Part shown: in pieces, positions 53,488-64,000 of the stretch | Numbering within the stretch: the stretch's first letter is position 1 | Layout of the letters: every line of letters starts with the position of its first letter | NCBI RefSeq assembly: GCF_001194135.2 | Contig: NC_068989.1 | Location: forward strand, 49,162,940-49,226,939 | Direction of reading: 5' to 3' | Origin: Octopus bimaculoides | Lineage: Eukaryota | DNA: 64,000 nt | Notes under the pieces: generated by a model | Told to the model about the DNA's origin: nothing | The model's input: the letters and a program-made list of their open reading frames with translations, nothing else | Databases searched by the model: none | Translations under genes and position numbers: made by a program

Positions 53488-54225
53488 TGGGGGGGGGGGT
53501 AACATAGAGGAGAAAAAGTACTCAATGCTTGATGATGAACATAGATCATTTTATTCCGTTAGTCGAAACCAAAGTGATTAACACTATGTTTCCATGCCTG
53601 TTTTATCAGTTAACCATATTGGAATGGAACCATACAGCATCAAAAGAGCAAATAATGAATTCTATATAACTTCACTGAACATGTTTGCCTCATCACCACA
53701 GCTTTTTTTTCTTGTGGCATTCTTGTAGTAAAACTGCAATTCTCTAATTCATCATTTCTGTATTAATCCAACAATGTATCCATGTAACAACTTCATATGA
53801 CTCCTGAGCTGACTTCACCTTGTAACCTGCTGAATTTCTTTCCTTAGTGACCCCATGTAATTTTCTCTCATCTCACATTTCTAACTGGTTCGTTGTATTT
53901 TCACCTCATTCCTATTTGTCTCTAGGTGTATATCGGTGGTGAGTATCAGTATCAAGTGCTATGTCACAATTCTTTATCTTTATGAACAAACATGTAAATG
54001 AGCTTGCTTGCATGTGTGCATATAAAAAAGAAAGAAAAAGAAAACAAAGGATTGCATGAAACATGTATGTGCACATATTCAAACATAAGTGTAGGTACAT
54101 ATAGGCAAATAGTAAATTGAATGTTTAAAACGAAGTAGCATAATACTGTGAGTATCTATCTGCATCTGATAACAGAAGCATGTACATGTAAGTACACCTG
54201 GATATATGAACCTATATGGACATAT

Positions 54226-54530
54226 GAGGGCACGTGACCTAGAGGTTAGGGTGTTGCACTCACAATCACGAGATCATGGTTTCAATACCTAGGCCGAGTG
54301 ATGTGTTGTGTTCTTGGGCAAAACAATTCATCTAATGTTTGCCTACGCTCACTTCAACACCTGACACATGTCACACCATTCACCTGTTCAGGCAATGTTG
54401 ATTTGATGGAAGAAGCAAGCTAATAATGTACAGCACATACATTTGATCATTATAAACAAATAATTTTGTGCAGGTCATTCGGCAAAACTGAACACTTGTA
54501 TGTCGTTTTCCTTTGAAAGGCGAGTTCATC
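54226..54530 (+). mobile_element. tRNA-head SINE
   Basis: ggcacgtgacctagaggttagggtgttgcactcacaatc...ggtttcaatacc (A/B-box-like). Confidence 0.6.
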
Positions 54531-54640
54531 ATGATGACATATTTAAAAATACATATGCTATCATATATTTTGAGAATGTGTACTCATTTACAAGAGCACA
54601 GTAGCCACAATTGTATTTTAGCATGAGCATAAATACATCC

Positions 54641-54694
<54 letters not shown>

Positions 54695-54769
54695 GATTGT
54701 CAGTGTATCATATATCCGAAAAAGAAGCACACTCTAAAGCATAGAGCAGTAAAGTATTCAAGTAATCGA

Positions 54770-54969
54770 GTTAATACCCAGTCATAGAGTGACCAATGGT
54801 TTCACATCCACAAAGGCCCTACCTAGCCTTGCAGATGTCATATCAGACTCTAAAACCAAAGAGGTGAAGAGTTACATTTGTCTTTGGCTTAAGTGTCTGA
54901 TGAGACAGTCACAAGGCTAAGGCTTTAGTGGACGTGAAACCATTGGTCAGTCTATGACTGGATATTAAC
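54770..54969. repeat. 200-bp imperfect palindrome made of two divergent hammerhead-like arms
   Basis: ~90-bp arms are reverse complements (gttaatacccagtcatagagtgaccaatggtttcac... / ...gtgaaaccattggtcagtctatgactggatattaac); each arm reads CTGAT(GA/AT)...GAAACC-att-GGTC outward. Confidence 0.8.
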
Positions 54970-55484
54970 TTTATTGCATTAATAATTAATACATACACAC
55001 ATACAGATGACTGTATTTATTTATCTATGAACTCATGGATGTGCATACATTGTGCACACACATATTGTGTGCTGAATACATCATGTATATGTATATATGC
55101 ATATGCATGAGGGATGCCAGACATCTGATGTGCAGGGCATTTGTATTATACAGGCATGTGTGTATATATATATATATATATATGAATATTCTATCACTCA
55201 TAACTTAGAATTTCTGTGTATGCAAATCAAATAATTTGACTTTTATCTTTAACTTCCTTGGGAGTGATCTGTTCTAATCTGTATTAACATGAAGTCTGCT
55301 AGTTTATACCTGAAGTCAAGTCACACCAATCTTTGATGTATGCTGACCATCCAGAAAAGTATATTCCATCTACCATCTTGTTGATATTATTTGTTCTATG
55401 CTTCCATTTTCAAATATTTGACTGATAAAACATACTAATCTAACTGAAACATTCATTCATTCATTTATTTATTCATGCATACAT

Positions 55485-55770
55485 ATCATCATCATCATCA
55501 TTCAATGTTCATGTTCCATGCTTGCATGGATTGGACAGTTTGATAAGGATCCAATGAGTTGAAGGACTTCATCATGTTCCAGTGTCTGCTTTGGCATGGT
55601 TTCTATGGCCAGATATCCTTTCTAATGCCAACTACTTTACAGCATGGACTGGTTGCTTTTTTCAGGCCACCAACACTACTAAGGTTGCCATGTAGCTTGC
55701 ACGGTTGGGGTAGAACAGGGTCTTGTTGTAGAGAAGATACATGGCTAAGTATGGATGGGAGGGGTAAGTA
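55485..55770 (-). mobile_element. SINE family B, diverged
   Basis: catcatcattcaatgttcatgttccatgcttgcatggattggacag... Confidence 0.7.
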
Positions 55771-57744
55771 AATTTCACCAATCTGTTAATATAATTGAAA
55801 AATAACACCTACAACTAATGCATGTCTGCATCTGACCAAAATAACCTCTCTATTTTTCTTATAGTATGGCTCTAATGCTTAACATTCTCCAATTTCTATT
55901 ACTTTTCTGTCTTTCTTAAACTGATTGCATATATATTTATTCAAATGGAACAGTTTCCAAACTTTTCCCTTTATTCGTACCAAATATTAATAAATTTATA
56001 TGCCAGATGTGATACTACTGAAGTTGACAGGGAAGTTTTAATACATTACCAGGTGTTGTAAGATTAAGGTGATTTTTTTTGCAGAATATACAAAAGTGAA
56101 TTGATTACAGTATTAAGCACTGTTATTGATTTGATTAGATTTCCAGACAAGAATTGAAACACAAAATAAAATAGATAAATAAATAAAATCTGTGTATGTT
56201 ATGTGTCTGCATACATTACATTATAAGCATCCCTATAGTTGTTGCCTTAGGATATACCCATGCAATTTCATATCGGATGACAACAACAACAACTTTACAG
56301 GAAGAAAAGAATTCGATATCAAAACCAATAATTGAATTCCTTGTTCCTTAAACTATACCATTAAAATAATAACAACAATAGCAATAATATATATTGTCAA
56401 TGCTAGAATATATAAATAAATAATAGGAAGACATCCAGTATAAAAGAAAGTCATTGGAAGGACTAATAACATACTACAGCTGATTATCCTAACAACAAAC
56501 AGATTCTGTCTAGTTTCAAAATGGAAAACAAAAACAACAAATAACTATCAAAATTGAAAGAAATAGGTTTGTGGAAAGTTTCTGTTGGTTGTGTGTGAGC
56601 ATGTGTCAGTATGCGTATGCGTGTGAGTCAATGTTATGGACTGGAAATGCTTTATTTTGTTGTGTGGCCTATATGCTACAGTTAAGTGAGGAAGACATGG
56701 GGACAGAATAAAGATCATGTGAGTTCACGCACACACTATATAGACACACACATATATTCATACACATGTAAACACACATACATATAATATATATATATAT
56801 ATATATGTGAATACCCGTCAGAGTGTAAGTATCTTGAGAGAANNNNNNNNNNCATACACACATATACACACACATATATATACACACACATATATATACA
56901 CACACATACATATATACACACACACATATATATACACATACACAAATACACACGCACAGACATACATATATGTGCACACACATACATTTGAATGTACAAT
57001 GAGAACAAGTACAGAATGCATGTATTACTATTTATTTGTTCGTTCATTCAGAACTGACTGGTTTACTCGGTTCTCCAAGTACCTTTTCTTGTATCAGCTC
57101 ATTCAATATCATTTCAATGAACAAATACGTATGAGAAACTCTGATTAACAACAGAGTGAATTATCTGCTTTGAAGGAGGTTGGAGGATACTACCTTACAT
57201 CATATTACCACTCATCTAGATCATTTGTCATCTTGATTGCGACACCTGACTTCCTGACATCTGACTTTACATCTTGTATCTTCCACTCTCTCAACATTGT
57301 TGTAGGAACCTTGTGTTATCAGCACACAGCATCTTTTCACCTATCACTCATAATACATTCATATCACATATCTGCACAGTCGTTTCTCCTGCTTGTATTG
57401 GTTAATGTCTTTAATGCTAAGTCATAATCTCAGCTAACTTGAGCTCTGTTGCTTTTCTTGGAAGCTTATATTATACATTCAACAGATCAATTCTTCAGTA
57501 TTTTAAGTTTAGTTATTTCATGTTGCAATGGTAAAAGGGATCTATTATACAATGTCTTTCCCATCTGTATTGACCTCAATTTATCATAATGTTCTTAAAC
57601 TCCCACTCACTCACTCTCTCTTTGTTTTCCCCCTCTCACGCATGCACACACACACGCACACATCATTATGTGGCATATGTTAGTGCTTAGTTCAACTCCA
57701 GCTGAAATGCAGGAATCTACATATAACATAACAATAATTGTTAC

Positions 57745-57900
57745 TAATATAGGTGCAAAGCATGAAATTTGGAGGAGAGGTAAGTCAATTTGATGAACCC
57801 CAGTACTTGGCTGGTACTTTATTTTATCAATCCTGAAAAGATGAATGGCAAAGATGACTTTGGTGGGATTTGAACTCAGAACATAAAGAGCCATAACAAA
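57745..57900 (-). mobile_element. SINE family E, partial
   Basis: tgaaatttggaggagaggtaagtc...ctggtactttattttatc...tttgaactcagaac. Confidence 0.7.
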
Positions 57901-58819
57901 ACAATACAAAGCATAATGTTGAATGCTCATATGATTATGCTACTCTATAGATTTTCAATAGAATTTAGAGCCAGCACAAAGTTATGAAGTTTTTTTTTTA
58001 TATACAAATACAACTATGTTGACACTGCAATTGAAGATAGAAAAATAGATAATGGATATATATGCACATTTCAGGAGTTATTTGCTCCTTCTTTATAACC
58101 ACATCCAACCCATTAACCATCCATGAAATCATTGCTCAAAATAGTCACTATGTTTAGCAGTGTAACACTATTGGATAGACCAATTTACATATTAAACACA
58201 TTCCTGGCAACTGGTATGTACATATTAATTGCTGGTAGGAACACTATATTTTGGTTTGCAGTCATATTAAAGGTATATCAAAGATTTATAAACCAACATT
58301 GTGTCCTACTTTGTGTTAGCTGTGTGATGTTTCCAGTTTTTTTAGTACATCTCTACAGATTTTCAATACACATGCAGATAGACAGACAGACAGACACACA
58401 AGCACACACACGCCCGCGCACACACGCCTGCGCACTTACACACACACACAGAAAAACACAATGGATATTCACCCACGTTGCATCTACCAGATTCACTTAC
58501 AAGGCTTTGCTAATCTTGGAGCTATAATAGAAAACACTTGTCCAAGATGCCATACAATGGGACTGTATCCACATGGTTGCAAAGCAAAATTCTATGCCTG
58601 CACCTATTTCGATGATTACAATGGAATCAAAAAGTAAATGGGAGGAGGGGGGAAATGAATAAATAAATATAAAAAATATCTTTGTCTATATACATTTATC
58701 TGAATTCAATATGTGAACAAAGAAAATTTTAACACTTCAAAACTTCAGTGTAACCAATGTTGATGGCTTTTATCAACAGTATCACCATACCCTAGTGCAA
58801 TGTTCTTGACATCAATATC

Positions 58820-60010
58820 ATTGCTCATAGTTTAATGCTTTTTCGCATCTATTTGCATCCGTGCACAAATAGATCAGTGGGCAAGAACACATCAGGTTTA
58901 CTCAATGATTCATATTGACTGTAGTTGCAGAAGGATAAATGGCAGAGTAGTGGCAAGTTCATTTTAATTATTAATACAGTGATATGTTTCCCACGATCTT
59001 CACCTTTAAAAATTTCACCTCCAATCAGGTGTTCATGTATATGAGTTAATAAAATTCTTGTTCCACAGCTTCATAAATATATATAGCATTTTATTCTAAG
59101 AGATGAAACCAGTCTTGAATTATTTTTGCTAGTTTGTTGTTGACATTAATCTTGAAAACAGAATCCCAATCAACAGAAATTGGAATATGGAAATTTGAAA
59201 GAGCCATAGAACCACAGTTTTGGTAGGTGCAAATGATAATTAATACGAACACAATTTCAATATATATCAGGGGTGCCAAAATTATTTGGTTTTAAGGGTA
59301 TTGTAAAAGGCCTGGTTGGAGACACAATAGTCTAAATTTTTTTTTTTACAAAACTTAGAAAAACTGAAGGACTACTGCAATAAGTGTGTGAATGTGAGAG
59401 GGGAATATGTTGAATAAAGTCATAATTAACTGATCCTCCTGTATTTTCTTTTACCCAAAGTCAGGAATTTTTCAGTAGCCCCTCATATATTCAGTTGAAA
59501 TATATCTTTCCACAGTCACCATAATTCTCAACAAGGTAACAAGATGAATTTGGGTTGTTACTCTGTATGACATCCATTAAGGTGTCAAAATAAAACCCTC
59601 ACTCTTTGTTTAATGCATCTTTTTTCAGATCTTGCCTATGAAGATAGTTGTTAACAATATTAGGGTGTAAAACAAAATATCTGATGCATTTGGTAAAAAT
59701 ACCATGGGGAGAGAGGAATGCTATTTCAGAGACAAAAAGTTTTCCAATTAGGGACAACATACCTCTATAACTGTTCATAATTGTGTAGTTGATAATCTTA
59801 TGTCTAAGCAACTTGTCATTTTGAAGGAATCCTAATTGATTTGAGATATTAGAGAACAATCATATTGAAACAAACACTTTTTAAATGCACATGTATCATT
59901 CATGTCCCTATCAAATTCAGGTACATCTTTAAAGATGCTTTCTTGTATGTTTCATGTTATTGTCCCTCCAACAATTTGCAGCTCAAGAAAAGAGCATGCC
60001 ACAGATTTGT
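58820..60010 (-). mobile_element. decayed Helitron RepHel remnant (PIF1-like helicase motifs), internally deleted
   Basis: minus-strand fragments SFLELQIVGG, SNFHIPISVDWDSVFKINVNNKLAKIIQD...IYEAVEQ and SQYESLSKPDVFLPTDLFVHG, in the order expected for Helitron helicases. Confidence 0.6.
59265..59487 (+). mobile_element. mariner-derived mini element inside the Helitron remnant
   Basis: TA-bounded imperfect ends tatcagggg / cccctcata; KLKDYCNKCVNVRGEYVE* resembles a mariner C-terminus. Confidence 0.55.
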
Positions 60011-60926
60011 GTTGTAATATTATACAAATATAACATATGTGAGGATGTTGTGGATTAGCAACAGAAAGTTTTCAAATTGACAATCCATGTTTACTACTTG
60101 TCCATGTTTTTCTGTCAATTTATTTCAAACCTATCTATATTGGACACCATATATCTCTGAAGAGAAGGAGAAAGGATAAATGATTTTTTCAGTACTGACT
60201 GTAGAAGTAATATACAGTTAAGGAGCAGCAAATAAACTGTAAGTATTCATCATGGAATGTCTAAGAATATTAAAAATATATCATAGAATTTTTCTCTTAG
60301 ACTTTCATCCTAGCTCTCACACCAGTGACAGTGAAATAAAATAAATGAAATTATTTGTCATTCTGGGAAATGAAGTATGAAAATAAATAATTTGATTTCT
60401 AGAAAATTATCTCCTTCTCCCTGAAACATACCTGTAAAAAAATAGATGAAAGGGATGAATTTTTGTTCAAATTAATTTTGAAAGTCAAGATGTGTCAGAT
60501 ACACAGAGAGTGTTATTTTAACAATATAGATACACACACACACACGCAAATCCAGCATAACAGTCACAGCAAAGTTACAGGAAAACTTCAATAAATGACT
60601 GACTTTTCTTTACTGTTTCATTTAAGATATTGAATAAATCATGATGTTTTTAACATACAGGTAATGCCATTAGGAAGCTTGTGTTTTCACCGTGTACAAA
60701 CCATGTATTAACAGATAATAAGCGGCTTAAAATATTTGTTTAACCATTTTATGTACTATTTATGGTAGTTAAATGAAATGTGGTTTTATATCTGTTCACC
60801 ATATTACAACAGGATTACACACAATTCTTGTCTACTAAATTCCATTAACCAAAAATTGCTCAAAAACAGGTTATGAAAGAAGACACTTGCTCTAAATACA
60901 AATGGGAGTGTGAAGTAAAATTTTAC

Positions 60927-60966
<40 letters not shown>

Positions 60967-61509
60967 CCCCCACTTATTATTTTCGCAGTANNNNNNNNNN
61001 TGATATATATATATATCATAGTTTAATGTCCTCCTTCCATGCTGGCCAGGCAGAAGCCTGCACCTTGCTGCTATGTCGGTTGCGGCATGGTTTTTTATGG
61101 CTGGATGCCCTTCCTAACACCGACCGCTCCACAGAGTGGGCTGACTGCTATTTACATGGCACCCACTTGTGTATATATATATATAGTGAGAGAAGAAGTA
61201 TTAACACTAAAAAGTAATATTGATCACCACTTAAAATCAACTGTTGTGTTAGAACACAGATTACTGTGATTGTTACCATGACAGAACCTCTCATATGGAC
61301 TTGTGGTGCACATAAGCATTCATGTCTATACCATTAATGAGAGGTAATCAACTGCCATTACCAATGTGAAGACTATCAGATCATGTGATTTTGGCCTTCT
61401 CAAAGGTGGATGCCCAACAGCTGGTAATAGCTGTGATTCCTCTTCTAGCAAACACAGAATTCTCAGTACCTAATCAGGTAACTGGTGTTGCAAATAGCCA
61501 GTGGGCTTA

Positions 61510-62330
61510 TTGAAAATGAAAATGACACCAACATCTCATTTTAACAGATATATTAACCAAAATTACATAAAAATACCTTGAAATACTAAAGAGTAAATTT
61601 ATTCAATAAAATCATCATTGGCTTCAACCACGGCCTGCAGACGACTTAGGAATCTCCTGCAACTCTTTTGGATAGTCTCCTTATTTAAGTCGGTGAATGC
61701 TGCCATAATCCTTGCCTTCAGTTCATCTTTGGTGTTACAAAGAGTTTTGTTGGTCTCTTGCTCAACTGTGCTCCACACATAATAATCAAGGAGGTTGCAG
61801 TCTGGGGAGTTGGGTGGGCAGATGTTAGTGGCGACGTGGTCGCAGAAATTGTCTGACAGCCATGACTGAGTTCTCCTGCTTGTGTGGTGTGGAGCAGAGT
61901 CCTGTTGTCAGACATAGGGTCTTTCAGCAGCCATCCTCTTGACCCAGGGCAGCATCTGATGTAGGCCTCCATGTTGAGTCTGAGACCGTGTGGAAAGATG
62001 AATGGAGGCATAACATTGCCATCACTAATGATCACTCCAAACACAATGATGCTGACTGGATGCTTAATTTTTATCACTCTCTGTACATGCACTGTCCTCA
62101 GATAGACATCCAAACACTCTGAAATGTTCAGTGGAGCTTCCGGTGTGAATGCCAAAAAATACAGCATGTCGTTTCCAAATTTCTGGCAGAGTGAATTGCA
62201 TCATAGTGCTGTTTTTCTCACAGACAGTGCCCAACTTACCCTACTATACTGTCAACAAAATCAAAAACAAACAATGCTCATGTGCAAAATTAATATTATA
62301 AAACAGCGTCAATTTACCTATCACACCTTG
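61510..62330 (-). mobile_element. Tc1/mariner maT-family (DD37D) transposon, internally deleted and inactive
   Basis: QQDSAPHHTSRRTQSWLSDNFCDHVATNICPPNSPDCNLLDY has 37 residues between the second and third D; stop at 61599-61601; N-terminal NISECLDVYLRTV joined directly to VIKIKHPV; TIR-like gtcaatttacctatcacaccttg followed by TA at 62331. Confidence 0.85.
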
Positions 62331-62499
62331 TATGTGTGTGTGCGTGCACATATTTTAATACCACTACTCTATTGCAAGCATTCAAGCTAACAGCAATTTG
62401 GAGTACCTTCCTCCTCAGTAAGCAGCATGTAAGCACACACATACATACACACGCATGCACACACACACGCATACATACACAGATATAAAAAGTAAAGAC

Positions 62500-62826
62500 T
62501 ACATTCAGTTATGAATGACCATGAGATTGCCCCTAGAAAGTTACCCTCCGAGGCACAAGTTTGAGCAAGGATGTTTATGAAGACCAACAGTTGCTGCATA
62601 CCAGCCTCCTCTCTCCATGCCCTTAATGTTATCCAAGGGAAAGGCATATGCCAATACAGCTTCGCACCAGTGATATTGCAATTCATTTCTACAGCTGAGA
62701 GAACTGGAGCAATGTGAAATAAAGTGTCTTGCTTAAGAGCAAAACACACAGCTCAGTCCAGGAATCAGACTCACTACTTTATGACTGTAAACCCAATGCT
62801 CTAACCACTGAGCCATGTGCCTTCAC
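62500..62826 (-). mobile_element. tRNA-head SINE (family D)
   Basis: ccctagaaagttaccctccgaggcacaag...gaaataaagtgtcttgc...ctaaccactgagccatgtgccttcac. Confidence 0.8.
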
Positions 62827-62904
62827 AGATATATATCACCCGACCCATAATCATCATTCAGTGTCTCTGATGATGATGTGCACATGTGTAGACATACAAA
62901 TGCA

Positions 62905-62949
<45 letters not shown>

Positions 62950-63169
62950 ACAATCATGCACACACACGCACAAAGAGGGACATTAGAAGCTTGGTTTCTT
63001 TCATTCAATGTTTCAAGCTTTGAGTTACTGTTGTAAACAAGACCATTCAGTAATATCGTCGGTCACTGTCAGTGACATAGCATGGTGTCATGCTATTATC
63101 TTAGTTAAAAACATCACTGCACTGCTCAAGAAAACTGCTATTGTGGCTCAACTAGCTAAAAATATAACC

Positions 63170-63517
63170 AAAAGAGGGGAAGAAGAAGAAGGAGAAATGG
63201 AGATAGAGAAGAAAGAGAGACTGAGAGAGAAGACACAGAAGACATAGAGGGGGAGAAGAATTAAATACAAAATGAGAGAGATGATGGGAGAAGAAAGGAA
63301 GATAGGCGAGCGAAGAGAAGGGAGAGCAGCAGAGATAAAAAGAGAGCTGACGAGAATGTGAGTAAAGAGAGAAAAGAAAAAGGAGAGGGGAGAGAAGAGA
63401 ACGGAGGAGAGATAAGAGATAGGGGGAGAGGAGAGAAAAAGAAAAGAGATAGGAAAAAAAGCGATGGGGAAAAGAGAGAAGAGAAAAGAGAAAGAAGAGA
63501 AAAATAAAGGATGAGAG

Positions 63518-63568
<51 letters not shown>

Positions 63569-63570
63569 AG
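63170..63570. repeat. GA-rich low-complexity tract ending in (GA)n
   Basis: direct reading; source of the SLSL/FLF ORFs. Confidence 0.9.
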
Positions 63571-64000
63571 ACATTTTAAGACATTTTCAGAAATATTAAC
63601 TCTTTTCACAAATAAATCCTTGAAAATTAAAGCAGGGGTGATGTAATATAGGTAATGAAATTTGTTTTGCAATGTAAAAGTTCTTTCTCTTTTCATATAA
63701 AAATATCCATGCCATTGCTCTGTATTCTTCACTCAATGTTTGCTAGCAGCAATGCCAACTATTCACTCTAGCAAGCATAGATGAAGCAACTGCCATTTAC
63801 CAATATTAGTTTTCTACATATAGAAGCTTTCAAAAATAGCAGTTCTATTTTTCTTCCTTATTCTATGCTTTTCTTTCTTACTTTCTTTCTTCTTGGTTTT
63901 AGTTGTCTTTTTATTTATTAATTTCTTCATTTCATTTTTCTTTCCCTTTTTTTTATATTTATTTGACAAAATGCAATCTTTTCTCTAAATACTGATTGAA

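Noticed and set aside
53488-53500. G12 run
   Set aside because: Directly adjacent to a gap edge; likely a sequencing or assembly artefact
1-64000. CRISPR arrays, true tRNA or rRNA genes, prokaryotic operons
   Set aside because: None seen; tRNA-like segments are SINE heads lacking full cloverleafs, and no regularly spaced repeat-spacer array exists

Overview
AT-rich, microsatellite-dense eukaryotic DNA from a gapped draft assembly, with five large N gaps that mostly abut (TA)n tracts. The tRNA-head SINEs with internal (CA/TA)n tracts and (ATG)n/(ATT)n tails match my recollection of octopus repeats, so a cephalopod origin is inferred but not checked. No complete protein-coding gene is visible, and nearly all ORFs in the supplied track are gap, microsatellite, SINE or chance artefacts. 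The window holds about 40 SINE copies or fragments, TTAA-ended and hAT-type MITEs, two long-inverted-repeat elements, and decayed transposase or helicase remnants (hAT Buster/Charlie-like, maT DD37D, mariner, Helitron). It also holds a heavily decayed intronless actin-family pseudogene candidate at 41.2-42.0 kb and several short splice-signal-bounded exon candidates on the minus strand. The main result of the hunt is a set of type I hammerhead ribozyme motifs, read directly from the sequence with their helices. These are at 28075-28120 (+, core intact), 34541-34604 (-) and 44654-44710 (-), plus a 200-bp palindrome at 54770-54969 built from two back-to-back hammerhead-like arms. SINE family letters A-F and MITE labels M1/M2 are my own working labels, and repeat ends are approximate unless TIR/TSD positions are given.
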